DNA of 55,205 nt from a virus. Lineage: Duplodnaviria > Caudoviricetes. Below, in pieces: positions 27,770-36,274 of the stretch. The stretch is from positions 1 through 55,205 of the IMG/VR virus record IMGVR_UViG_3300031974_005644; one strand, 5' to 3'. The first letter of the stretch is position 1. The number at the start of each line of letters is the position of its first letter. The translations under genes and the position numbers were made by a program. The notes under the pieces are model-generated. The model was not told the origin of the DNA. It searched no databases and saw only the letters and a program-made list of their open reading frames with translations.

Positions 27770-29071
27770 TTAGCCGCGCAGGGCGGGAACGTAGCTGTCG
27801 AAGGCGAAAACGCCGTTGTCGTAAAGCTGGCCGTCAAACTCGTAGCGCAGCTTTTTGATGCCGTTCATCGAACCGATGAACAACTGCAACAGGTTGTCGC
27901 CGTCTTCCAGCTTTTCGACCCAGCTGTAAGGCACGTTCATCGACTCGGTGCGGCCGCTGCCACGGGTGCCAGCATCAGCACCGCTCCAGCGCTCGGCGTT
28001 ACCAAACGCCAAGGCCGCAGCCTGGGCGCCCAGCAAGATGCCGCGATGCAGGCGCTCTGCCGCTGCCACCTGCTGCAACGCGCCGGCAGCGTCGTAGTAC
28101 GACACCAAGTCGCCATCGTTGAACTGGATCGGCCGCGGTGCCTGGCAGATCAGGATGTCGCGCCACAGGCCGCACTGGCCGGAGCGGAACAACGGGTGCT
28201 TGGTCCAGGCCAAACGCTCGGTGGCGTTGGACAGGAACGTGCGCCAGTTCTGATCGCTGGTCTGCTTCTGCAGCTGGTTCCACTGCTCGGAGCTGATGTA
28301 GCTGACCAGCAGGGGGCTTTCCTCGCCCTCGATGATCGCGCCATCGACACCTTCGAGCTTCACGCCCTGCAGCGGCACCGGGCTGGTGTCGTTGATGGTG
28401 CGAAGGTCATCGAAGAAGTTCAGCGTCAGCACGTTGGTGGTGCTGACATCGCCCGGGTCGACAATCGAAGACGTCAGACCGACATAGCGCGACCGCGTGG
28501 GCGGCAGCACCGGGTTGATCATGATGTCGTCGAAGTCGGGATCGGACGCCAGCGGCGCCTTCCACTCGATGCCGGTGGCCGAACCACGCGCACCCGCCAG
28601 GTGAATCTGCAGGCGGTTGTCTTCGAGGTTGCGAAGGTAGTCAATCGCCAGGCCCTGCCCCTTCTCGCGGAGCTGGTGCGGGGTGCGCTGCTGCGACATG
28701 CGGCCACCGACGTCGATCACCTTGCGGGTCTGGTCGATGGTCACTTCGTCACGCAGGATGGAGATCGGCGAACCGCTGTTCTTCGCAATACGGTCGCCCA
28801 TCACCGGCTTGCCGCCGATACGGTCGAGGATGTCGCAGGTCACGCGGTCGCCGGACATCTGCTTGAGGTCCATGATCTGCACGACGGGATAGCCGTGGCT
28901 GGTCTCGGACTTCTTGGTGCCCTGAACCCACTGATCCATCGGCACGGGGCCGGTCAGTTTGTTCAGGAAGGTGCGCTGCTGAATCATTCGCGCCATAAGG
29001 GTGCGCGAATAAACAACGGACGCGGCGTAGCTGCCCAGCGGCGCGGAGGCCGGGGTATTGGTCGCTGCCAT
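27770..29071 (-). CDS. major capsid protein (N4-gp56/DUF4043-like)
   Basis: DL...GDRVTCD...KPVMGD, IDQTRKVID.GGRMSQQRT.H.LR, HLAGARG, LLGAQA motifs. Confidence 0.88.
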   Translation of the reverse strand: MAATNTPASAPLGSYAASVVYSRTLMARMIQQRTFLNKLTGPVPMDQWVQGTKKSETSHGYPVVQIMDLKQMSGDRVTCDILDRIGGKPVMGDRIAKNSGSPISILRDEVTIDQTRKVIDVGGRMSQQRTPHQLREKGQGLAIDYLRNLEDNRLQIHLAGARGSATGIEWKAPLASDPDFDDIMINPVLPPTRSRYVGLTSSIVDPGDVSTTNVLTLNFFDDLRTINDTSPVPLQGVKLEGVDGAIIEGEESPLLVSYISSEQWNQLQKQTSDQNWRTFLSNATERLAWTKHPLFRSGQCGLWRDILICQAPRPIQFNDGDLVSYYDAAGALQQVAAAERLHRGILLGAQAAALAFGNAERWSGADAGTRGSGRTESMNVPYSWVEKLEDGDNLLQLFIGSMNGIKKLRYEFDGQLYDNGVFAFDSYVPALRG

Positions 29072-29086
29072 GGTGGTGATTCCTAA

Positions 29087-30019
29087 TTAGCCACCGAAGG
29101 CGCGGCTGATGAACTCGCTTTGCTTGCGAGGATCCATCTTCGCCAACAAGGCAACCGCCTTCATCGGGTCCATTGCAAGGAACGCCTCTGATTCGGTTGT
29201 CTCGGGGGCCGCGCCACCGGTGATGGTTGAAAGGCTGGCCGGTTCGGGAACATCGGCGGCCGGTAGTGGTTTGGGTTTGTCGGTGAGCGATACGCCAAGA
29301 AACTCGGCGAGTTCACGTTCCACGTCCTTGTAGTGCTGGGCGCGGGAGGTGTACTTGTAGTTCGGGTCCGCCATCAGCTGGTCGCTGATCGAAGTGGCCT
29401 GGGCGGCAAAGACCCCGCCCTTCTTCCAGCGTTTTTCCAGCAAGGGAGAGCTCTTCAGCGCCTCTTCGTGCTCCGCGAGAAGCTCGTCCTGGCTCTGCTG
29501 CTGCTCGTCCTGCTGTGCGGCCTTGCGGGCGTCCTCTTCACGCTTCTCGTACGCCTGCAAACGCTTCTGCGTCTCCAGAGATTCCTTGCGTGATTCGGCG
29601 ACCGCCTTGATGAGGTCTTCGTAATCGAGATCAGCGCTGTCCGCGGCCGTCAGCTTCTTCAGCAGTTCGTCCACGTCATCGTCCTTGGCTTCAGCCTGCT
29701 TTGCAGCGTGGCTGTTGCGCAGCTTCTCCAGTTCGGCTTCCAGCTCGCTGGCCTTCTGCTTTGCCTGGTGGGCATCTCGACGCGCGTCTTCCAGCACCGA
29801 GTACGGGAGCACACGCCCCTTGCTCTTGGTCTGGACGCCGCGCGGGCGTTCCTCATCTTCTGGCTTCTGACCTGCGTCTTCTGGCGTGGCAGGCCCTTCC
29901 GGGTTCTCACCAACTGCCGTCTGTTTCGCTTCCGGCTCAGTGGGGGCTTCGTCCTGGGCAACGCCCATTGCTGCAGCCACTTGTGCCGGGTCAGTCCAAT
30001 CTACGTTTGCTTTGCTCAC
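29087..30019 (-). CDS. scaffolding protein
   Basis: Acidic coiled-coil protein between portal and capsid; LPYSVL..AR motif; P.SLSTITGG near the C-terminus. Confidence 0.75.
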   Translation of the reverse strand: MSKANVDWTDPAQVAAAMGVAQDEAPTEPEAKQTAVGENPEGPATPEDAGQKPEDEERPRGVQTKSKGRVLPYSVLEDARRDAHQAKQKASELEAELEKLRNSHAAKQAEAKDDDVDELLKKLTAADSADLDYEDLIKAVAESRKESLETQKRLQAYEKREEDARKAAQQDEQQQSQDELLAEHEEALKSSPLLEKRWKKGGVFAAQATSISDQLMADPNYKYTSRAQHYKDVERELAEFLGVSLTDKPKPLPAADVPEPASLSTITGGAAPETTESEAFLAMDPMKAVALLAKMDPRKQSEFISRAFGG

Positions 30020-30121
30020 AGTTACCCTTGCCCTTGACGACAGGCGGTCGAGTCCATTTCTGGATGGTTGCTGCTGTGACGCCGCAGCCGCGAAGCCGGG
30101 AGAATCCCCGGCGGGATGGGG

Positions 30122-32149
30122 TTACCAGAGGTATTCGGGTTGACGCTCTGGTGCAGCGGCGGGCGGGATCACCGCGTTCGTCGCCACGGTTTGTTCAATC
30201 TCGACCGTCTCGGCCTTGGTCTTGATGGTTTCGGCCGCCGTCTGAGCGGCCTTGACCTCTTCGTGCTGGGCCTCGGCCTGCGCCTTGGCGGCTTGGCCCG
30301 ATTCCTTCGCGGCCTTGGCCTCGGCGAGCGCGATCTGCAGCTGCTCCATCATCTCGGCGATCTCGGCCTGCTTCTGGGCGGACTGCTGCTCTTCCGGCGT
30401 CATGTCGTCCGGTTCCTGCATGCCCATCTGCTTGCGAATCATCTTCGCCATGTCGTGCTTGTGCGGCATTTCCGACATTTCGATCAGGATCGGCAGCGCC
30501 GCGCTACGCAGGCGTTCGTCGCCAATCGTCTGGATCGAGCGCGCCACTTCCTGGAACTGCTGCATGCGGTGCGTCGGCGTGCTCGGCACGTCATCGAGCG
30601 TCACCTGCAACTGCACCTGCTTGATGTTGTTCTTGATGAACTCATAGCCGTCCGGGTGCTGTTCCCGCACGTTCACCGGCACCACGATGCGCTTGCCGCC
30701 TTCCTTCTTCGCCTTGACCTCACCGGGCTTGCTGCCGATGTCTTCGATGATCAGCGCCAGCAATTGGCGACCCATTGCGGTACGGGCATCGCGGGCCATG
30801 CCAGACGGGCGGCTCTGGCTGTTCATGCCCTGCTCGACCATCGTGTTCATGGCCACGCCGCTGGTGATGCCCGACTCACGCTGGCCACTGAGACTGCGCG
30901 GCACGCCGGCAAGCTGCGGCATCAGGCTCATCATGTCGCTGTAGATGCCCATCTGCTCACGCGAGAGCTGGAAGTCGGCCTTGATCTCCAACTTGCTGCC
31001 GGGCTTGCGCGCCGGGTTCAGCTCGATCATCCCGTCGGGCCGGCTCATTTCTTCGCGCAGCATGTCGGGGTCGGTCACGGCGTCGGCGTCGTAGATCGCC
31101 TGCTTCTGGTTCAGGCCCCACATGGCGCGTGCCAGTCGGGTGTTCACCTGGTCCTGCAGGCTCATGATCACGCGGATCAGGCCATACGGAGACCCGGTGC
31201 GGCCCTCGCGATCATAGACCACGGGGATATACGGAAACTCGTCATGCGGGTATGGGCTGGGGCCATCCACCAGACAGATGTCACCCACGTACACCGCGCG
31301 GTTCATCTGCTTCACCAACGTCGGCTTCGGCTCAATCAGGCCCGACTCATAGGCCCGAACGTGCATCGGGTCCTTCTGGTCGAACTTCACCCAGCGACCA
31401 TTCGGCAGCAGCACCGCATAGCCTGCGGTCTCGGTGCGGTAATAGATCTCTTCCAGCGCCAACAGGTCACGGCCGGCGCCCCAAAGGTCGCGGCTGACCA
31501 TGGTCATGTCGTTCCAGGCGCCGTCACGCTGGTACTGCTGCGGCTCGTACCAACCGGTCGACTGATCGCCAGGGCCTGCCATGCGCAGCGCTGCCACCTT
31601 CTTCGGGTAGCGCTTCTCGATCTGCGAGCGCTGGAAGAACTTCACGCGGCGCAGATACTCGGCATCGCCGACGATGTTGGGCGACTTCGCACGCGGGTCC
31701 CACCACATCTCGCGCCAGTCCACCAGGCCAGTGCGGTAGGGGTAATCCAGCAGACTTTCGCTGCGACCGACCTCAATCCAGCCGATGCCGGCGCGGGACT
31801 GCGACAGCGTGGCATCCAGCCATGTGCGATCTGCCTCGGTGCGCGACTCAGCTTCTTTCAGCCGCAGGCTCAGCACCTGCGCCAGCTCTTCGTGGTCGTC
31901 TGAGGCCTCGGGCCGCACGATCCAGTCCGACTGGTTGCGCTCATGCAGGCCAACGATGGTCTGCACCAGGTCGCGGCACAGGTTCGCCACGGTGAGCGGC
32001 ATTCCGCGCTCTTCCATCTTGCGGGCCGTCTCGGCGTCAAACTGGTTGCCGTCGTAGTAATCCTCGGCCACGGCAGAGTCGTAGCGCCACGAGCTGCCGA
32101 AGGTGGCGTCGTTGCGCCACATCTGCAGTTGTTCGGGGCTCAGGGCCAC
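30122..32149 (-). CDS. portal protein
   Basis: 675 aa; DYYDGNQ, AGIGWIEV, SPYPHDEFPYIP, PYGLIR motifs; C-terminal coiled-coil barrel. Confidence 0.9.
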   Translation of the reverse strand: MALSPEQLQMWRNDATFGSSWRYDSAVAEDYYDGNQFDAETARKMEERGMPLTVANLCRDLVQTIVGLHERNQSDWIVRPEASDDHEELAQVLSLRLKEAESRTEADRTWLDATLSQSRAGIGWIEVGRSESLLDYPYRTGLVDWREMWWDPRAKSPNIVGDAEYLRRVKFFQRSQIEKRYPKKVAALRMAGPGDQSTGWYEPQQYQRDGAWNDMTMVSRDLWGAGRDLLALEEIYYRTETAGYAVLLPNGRWVKFDQKDPMHVRAYESGLIEPKPTLVKQMNRAVYVGDICLVDGPSPYPHDEFPYIPVVYDREGRTGSPYGLIRVIMSLQDQVNTRLARAMWGLNQKQAIYDADAVTDPDMLREEMSRPDGMIELNPARKPGSKLEIKADFQLSREQMGIYSDMMSLMPQLAGVPRSLSGQRESGITSGVAMNTMVEQGMNSQSRPSGMARDARTAMGRQLLALIIEDIGSKPGEVKAKKEGGKRIVVPVNVREQHPDGYEFIKNNIKQVQLQVTLDDVPSTPTHRMQQFQEVARSIQTIGDERLRSAALPILIEMSEMPHKHDMAKMIRKQMGMQEPDDMTPEEQQSAQKQAEIAEMMEQLQIALAEAKAAKESGQAAKAQAEAQHEEVKAAQTAAETIKTKAETVEIEQTVATNAVIPPAAAPERQPEYLW

Positions 32150-32151
32150 GC

Positions 32152-32439
32152 TTACACCCGGTTCCCGAAGGCGAGGTTGACGATGGTCTCGGTGTCCGCG
32201 AACACCGCCACATGGGTTGCATTGCCCGGCACAGCGACCACGTCCGATGTTCCGGACAGCACCGCAAAGTCACCGGCAGCAGCGGTCACGGTTGAATCGC
32301 CGAACTTCAGGTACACCACAGACGCACCCACCACAGGCTCATCCACCACAGACGCACGCAGCGTGTTGGCGCTGGCGCCAATGGCCACAGCTTGGCTGGC
32401 GGCAGCAGCAACGTCCGCCGTTCTCAAAACAGTCAGCAT
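32152..32439 (-). CDS. small beta-rich hypothetical (probable virion) protein
   Basis: Coupled ORF between terL and portal; start re-placed at ATG 32439 after GGAGAG. Confidence 0.55.
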   Translation of the reverse strand: MLTVLRTADVAAAASQAVAIGASANTLRASVVDEPVVGASVVYLKFGDSTVTAAAGDFAVLSGTSDVVAVPGNATHVAVFADTETIVNLAFGNRV

Positions 32440-32440
32440 T

Positions 32441-33217
32441 TCAGGCTCTCCAATTGGGCGCCGGCCGGTGGCGGTCGCGGGTTTGCGGCTTGCAGATGGC
32501 ATAGCGCCGCATCACAAAGGCGTATCGGCTGGCGGCCATCAGGTCGTCAGCCTCCTTCACGATCTTTCCGTCTTTGCGGTGGTACAGCCGAAACTCGTCC
32601 CACCAGTCCGACAGGTGAGCGGCGACCTTGAACGTGCCGATCTGCATGGCATCAAGCATTTCCGAGATGCCGGCCTCAACCGACACCCGCGACACGTTCG
32701 TTTCGCCTTCGCTGCCCGCCTCGGGAAGCTGGGCAATCTCGTGCAGCATGTTCAGACCCTGGCCCCGGTACTGCTCAGCCAGTTGAATGCCGGTGCCCTT
32801 CTCGGTCTGCAGGCCGTCAGCCGGCCATGCAACGGGGATCCACACGCCACGCGCCTTGATCGCCGCGGCGTGAGTGACCGGCGTCTTCTGCGCGACCCGA
32901 TAGGTGTCGTACAGATACATCGTGTCGGTGTCTCGATCCCAGGCGAACCAAGCTGCAGCGGTCGGGTGATCCCACCCGAAGTCCATGCCGCAGATACGTG
33001 GCCAATGGGCCGGAAACGGAAACAGGTTGAACTTGATCGACTCTTCGTCGACCGGGAATATCGCGCCGCTGCCCAGTGCCGGAATGCCTTGAGACCGGGC
33101 CTTGCGTAAGTGCGCTGGTGTCGAGGCCAGCAGTTCCGCCTTGGTCTTGGCGTCAAGATGAGGCACATTGTCCCAGCCCGCCATCACCAGGTACTTCGAA
33201 GGTGAAACTTCAGGCAT
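32441..33217 (-). CDS. terL: terminase large subunit, C-terminal piece (end of ATPase/lid + RNase H-like nuclease)
   Basis: GWDNVPHL...[39 protein letters not shown] at 33217 overlaps the HNH stop. Confidence 0.88.
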   Translation of the reverse strand: MPEVSPSKYLVMAGWDNVPHLDAKTKAELLASTPAHLRKARSQGIPALGSGAIFPVDEESIKFNLFPFPAHWPRICGMDFGWDHPTAAAWFAWDRDTDTMYLYDTYRVAQKTPVTHAAAIKARGVWIPVAWPADGLQTEKGTGIQLAEQYRGQGLNMLHEIAQLPEAGSEGETNVSRVSVEAGISEMLDAMQIGTFKVAAHLSDWWDEFRLYHRKDGKIVKEADDLMAASRYAFVMRRYAICKPQTRDRHRPAPNWRA

Positions 33218-33764
33218 AACTAATGCCCTTGGCCAAATTCTCGCGGGCACTTATCACTTGCAAGTTGTGTGCGACGTGCAGGCCGCACACGTTGATTCCC
33301 TTGAGGGGAACGATGTGGTCAACGTGCATCACCAACTCCTGCGGGTCATCGCACGCCACACAGGCCGCTAGTTTGGCCTGCAGGTCCATCGCTTCGCGGT
33401 AAATGGCGCGGATCGCGGCGTCGTTCTCCCTGGCGCCTGATCTCATCAGCGCTTTGCGCATGCGTTGCGCCTTGGCCTTGTTAGAGCGGTGCGCAGGGTC
33501 TAGTTGCCGCCTTGAGTTGTAGGAGGCAAGGTGTGACTTGTTCGCGCGCTTCCATGCCAGGGATGTGGCGCGGTCGATGTCTCCCTTGATCGCGTAGCGA
33601 GCCATCCGGCGGGCGCGCGCGCATTCCGTGCAACGGGACTCGTAGCGTGTGCTGGCTTTGCCTTGACGCGTGGTGTACGGGTAACTGTAGAAATGATCCA
33701 GAGACAGGAGACGCCCGCAGGTGATGCAAGGTCGCTCGCCGGCGGTGATGACGGTGTAGGCCAT
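33210..33764 (-). CDS. HNH homing endonuclease inserted in terL
   Basis: CxxC...CxxC zinc finger; HVDHIVPL...[22 protein letters not shown]. Confidence 0.9.
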   Translation of the reverse strand: MAYTVITAGERPCITCGRLLSLDHFYSYPYTTRQGKASTRYESRCTECARARRMARYAIKGDIDRATSLAWKRANKSHLASYNSRRQLDPAHRSNKAKAQRMRKALMRSGARENDAAIRAIYREAMDLQAKLAACVACDDPQELVMHVDHIVPLKGINVCGLHVAHNLQVISARENLAKGISYA

Positions 33765-33769
33765 GTCGT

Positions 33770-34516
33770 TCAGTTGCCTTTCGGCATCCCGTTGGGCAGG
33801 AAGCTCTTCACCGTCTCTGTCACGCCTTCAAGCGGCGTGAACGTGATGGCGACCATGCCGCCGGTTGTTGCGGTACGGATCAGGCACTCGCCGTAAATGT
33901 CGATGGGCGGCTCTTCGTCGAGCCAGATCACGTCCTGCTCGGTGCCCTCAAAAGCCCCGCGGCCCTGCTGGTAGCTCTTGAGGCCCAGTCGCGACCATCC
34001 GCCGCTGACGTGCTCCACCATCACCGTGTCGAGAAGGTCCTGAACGCCTTGCTTCCAGTTCAAATCGCCGATGGCGTCGCCATAAATCAGCCCGGTACCG
34101 CTGACAGACTTCGGCGCGCCGCCCATCACCGAACCGACCAGCTTGGCTTGCACGATGTCGCGCGTCGTTTCGTTGGTCTTGCCAGCAGCCCATGCGCTGA
34201 TCGGGCGAGTGAACCGGCGGCCAGGCCACCAGTCGGGATACTGTCCCGTCAAATGCAGCGCTATTTCGTAGCCGCCTGCGCCTTCCGATTTACCGATGCG
34301 ATTGGCCGCCAAGAAACACCGCTCGCGATACGTCGCGCCGGCCGCGAAGAACTCCAGGTGTTTGGGGTACAACTCACGCCGCAACGGCCCTTCGTCCGGG
34401 AAGAACGAATCAATCTTCCGACGACTCTTCCGACGCTCCGCTTCCTCCAGCAACTCCAATAGCTGTAGCCGCTCCGAGCGCGGCAACTGCTCCCAGTTTG
34501 GCGGCAAGTCGGGCAT
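33770..34516 (-). CDS. terL: terminase large subunit, N-terminal piece (ATPase core, P22 gp2-like)
   Basis: Walker A AANRIGKS, Walker B VIWLDEEP, coupling motif TFTP. Confidence 0.9.
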   Translation of the reverse strand: MPDLPPNWEQLPRSERLQLLELLEEAERRKSRRKIDSFFPDEGPLRRELYPKHLEFFAAGATYRERCFLAANRIGKSEGAGGYEIALHLTGQYPDWWPGRRFTRPISAWAAGKTNETTRDIVQAKLVGSVMGGAPKSVSGTGLIYGDAIGDLNWKQGVQDLLDTVMVEHVSGGWSRLGLKSYQQGRGAFEGTEQDVIWLDEEPPIDIYGECLIRTATTGGMVAITFTPLEGVTETVKSFLPNGMPKGN

Positions 34517-35030
34517 TCAGATCCTCGTCCGAGATGTTGCGTACATCGACGTTGGCGTCGACCGAGACTTTGTCGCCGTACTCTTTCGAGGCGATCTTCG
34601 CGGCTCGCCAGCGGTAGTGATGAGCGAGCTCCTTGGCCTTCTTCAACTCGAACTCATCCTTGGCGAGATCGATCCTCGATTCCGCCTTCTCGTCCCAAAG
34701 TTTCGCCGTCGCAGTACGGGCCTCGCGCACGCGCGCGGAACGAACCGGATCTGCGTCAATCCACACCAGCAATCGAGTCAGCGAAGCGCCTGCCTCTGCG
34801 GCAATGTCCGTGAGGCTCTTACGGTCGATGATGGCCTCGCAAAGACGCGAGATGCCGTAGTTGTCCATCGCCTCTACAGTCGCGCCGCGCTTGGTCTTGC
34901 ACGTCTTCGGCTTAGCCGCCGCCTTTGCCTTCGGCTGGCTGGACTTCGGCACCGGCGTCTTCTTGGGCGCCGCCTTCTTCCCCGCTGGCTTGGTGGGCGC
35001 CTTCGTCGCGCCGCGCGCCTTCGTGCTCAC
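34410..35030 (-). CDS. terS: terminase small subunit (Sf6/P22-like) with a basic N-terminal tail
   Basis: HTH region and RWRAAKIASKEYGDK motif; position upstream of terL. Confidence 0.8.
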   Translation of the reverse strand: MSTKARGATKAPTKPAGKKAAPKKTPVPKSSQPKAKAAAKPKTCKTKRGATVEAMDNYGISRLCEAIIDRKSLTDIAAEAGASLTRLLVWIDADPVRSARVREARTATAKLWDEKAESRIDLAKDEFELKKAKELAHHYRWRAAKIASKEYGDKVSVDANVDVRNISDEDLNARLAAKLGAVAALGAATAIGVAGGSGASEESSED

Positions 35031-35290
35031 TTCTCGTAATCCACCGGCGGTTCGCTGCTGTCGAGCGCTTGCCGCTTGTTCTTCCGGCGTTCCTCTCCTG
35101 ATCGGCGGTCTCTCCGGTCACCGTGCTCGTTGCGCCATGACCAGAACTTGTGAGCCAGCAGCACCAACAGGTAAATCACCGTCAGCACCGCAATCAGCTC
35201 CTGAGACGTCGCCCCGCTCACCATTGCCGCCACGGGCGGCGTCAGCTTGGCGGTCTCCATTGGCAGGTCTGCGAGGATCTGTGTCGACAT
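35027..35290 (-). CDS. putative holin
   Basis: Small protein with a hydrophobic helix (LIAVLTVIYLLVLLA) and a highly charged C-tail; first late CDS after the RNA region. Confidence 0.55.
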   Translation of the reverse strand: MSTQILADLPMETAKLTPPVAAMVSGATSQELIAVLTVIYLLVLLAHKFWSWRNEHGDRRDRRSGEERRKNKRQALDSSEPPVDYEK

Positions 35291-35299
35291 GCGCTCTCC

Positions 35300-35718
35300 A
35301 TCCGCCCGCGCCTGGCGCTGGCTCTCTGCGTGAATTGACGCCCGATAACGGGGGCGAACCGGCCCATCACCCTCAACGATTCAGCCCCGGAGTTGTTCAC
35401 TAAGGGCTATGCGGGTCGGGGGCTGCCGGGTTACTCGCCACGTCCGGCTTGGCGGGGGTGAATAGATGCCCCGCATACACGGGGCCTCCCTCGCTATCGG
35501 CTATGCGATGCTGGACGGGGAGAAGGGTGAAGTGGTTGCCGGTTACAGCGTCCGGCGCGCTTGCTGCGTTGCAGCGGCTGGAAGCGCTGGTGGTCATCTG
35601 CGGGTTACTGGTCCCGCGACCTGATGCCACTCAGGTCAGTTCATGCCCTTCGGTCGGCTGGCGAGCCGCTTTCGTTTGAGGGACCGGCCCCGTTAGCCTG
35701 GAACGGGGCAACCGCATA
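35300..35718 (-). ncRNA. candidate structured RNA with three GG-AC-loop-GT-AA-CC hairpins
   Basis: No convincing ORF; dense inverted repeats; motif copies at 35425-35448, 35538-35556 and 35600-35617. Confidence 0.5.
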
Positions 35719-35719
35719 T

Positions 35720-35760
35720 TGGTAGCGGCGGGTCGAGTCGAACGACCTATATTTGCCGCG
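35720..35760 (-). tRNA. 3' half of an interrupted tRNA(CAT) (Met or Ile2)
   Basis: GGTCG-TTCGACT-CGACC T-arm, then CGCCGCT-A-CCA. Confidence 0.85.
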
Positions 35761-36190
35761 CCTCAAGGTACTGAATGATGTTTTCGACTTTACGCTTCAC
35801 GGCAGGCAGGCTATCTCCAAGACGCCCAATCAAAGTATTGCAATGCCTGCACAAAATCCCGCGCGGTTTTTGGCTTTCGTGGCAGTGATCAAAAACCAGA
35901 TCTTTCTTGCTTAAGCAAACCTGGCATTCATCAATGCCTAAACCGAGAAGTGCGCCTACGCTCAGCACATCTAGTTTGTAGCGGGCTGCAATGACCTTAT
36001 CTTGGTTCCGCGCTTCCCATGATCTAACAGCATCTTTGTGCCGCTCTCGGTTCGCCGGATACCAGACCTCTCTAACGTATTTGTTGTGGCATGCCTTACA
36101 TTTTGATGATCTACCAGTTTTACTGGCGGACTTCTTTGAAAATGATGCCTCTGGCAGATGCTCTCCGCACGAAATACATTCGTAGATCAT
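35747..36190 (-). CDS. endonuclease VII-family (His-Me finger) endonuclease inserted in the tRNA
   Basis: CxxC...CxxC N-terminal finger; CQVC...DHCH...RGILCRHCNTLIG; AGGA SD then ATG at 36190; AT-rich relative to the genome. Confidence 0.88.
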   Translation of the reverse strand: MIYECISCGEHLPEASFSKKSASKTGRSSKCKACHNKYVREVWYPANRERHKDAVRSWEARNQDKVIAARYKLDVLSVGALLGLGIDECQVCLSKKDLVFDHCHESQKPRGILCRHCNTLIGRLGDSLPAVKRKVENIIQYLEARQI

Positions 36191-36200
36191 GGGCGATCCT

Positions 36201-36239
36201 GTTATGAGCCACGCGGAATGCCGGTTTCCTACAGCCGCT
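36201..36239 (-). tRNA. 5' half of an interrupted tRNA(CAT) (Met or Ile2)
   Basis: AGCGGCTG-TA-GGAA-ACCGGCA-TTCC-G-CGTGG-CTCATAA-C: acceptor strand complementary to the 3' half, D-arm, and anticodon loop with CAT. Confidence 0.8.
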
Positions 36240-36244
36240 TCAAA

Positions 36245-36271
36245 CAAAAAACCCGGCGCGGAGGCCGGGCT
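36245..36271 (-). terminator. intrinsic terminator in the late leader
   Basis: GCCCGGC-CTCCGC-GCCGGGT followed by TTTTT. Confidence 0.75.
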
Positions 36272-36274
36272 CAT

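Noticed and set aside
27377-29086. 569-aa plus-strand ORF
   Set aside because: Antisense shadow of the capsid genes caused by high-GC codon bias; no motifs.
30116-31903. 595-aa plus-strand ORF
   Set aside because: Antisense shadow of the portal gene.
33210-33769. Group I intron or intein explaining the split terL
   Set aside because: Only 5 non-coding nt, no recognisable P7/R-S core elements, in-frame stops, and no intein splice residues. A cryptic core overlapping the ORF cannot be fully excluded without Infernal.
33215-33790. T4 gene 60-style ribosomal bypass joining the terL halves
   Set aside because: The gap of ~560 nt is far larger than the known 50-nt hop, and terL-C has its own coupled ATG.
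35761-36200. Azoarcus-type group I intron in tRNA(CAU)
   Set aside because: The junction is after CATAAC rather than after CAT, and the insert is essentially all ORF.
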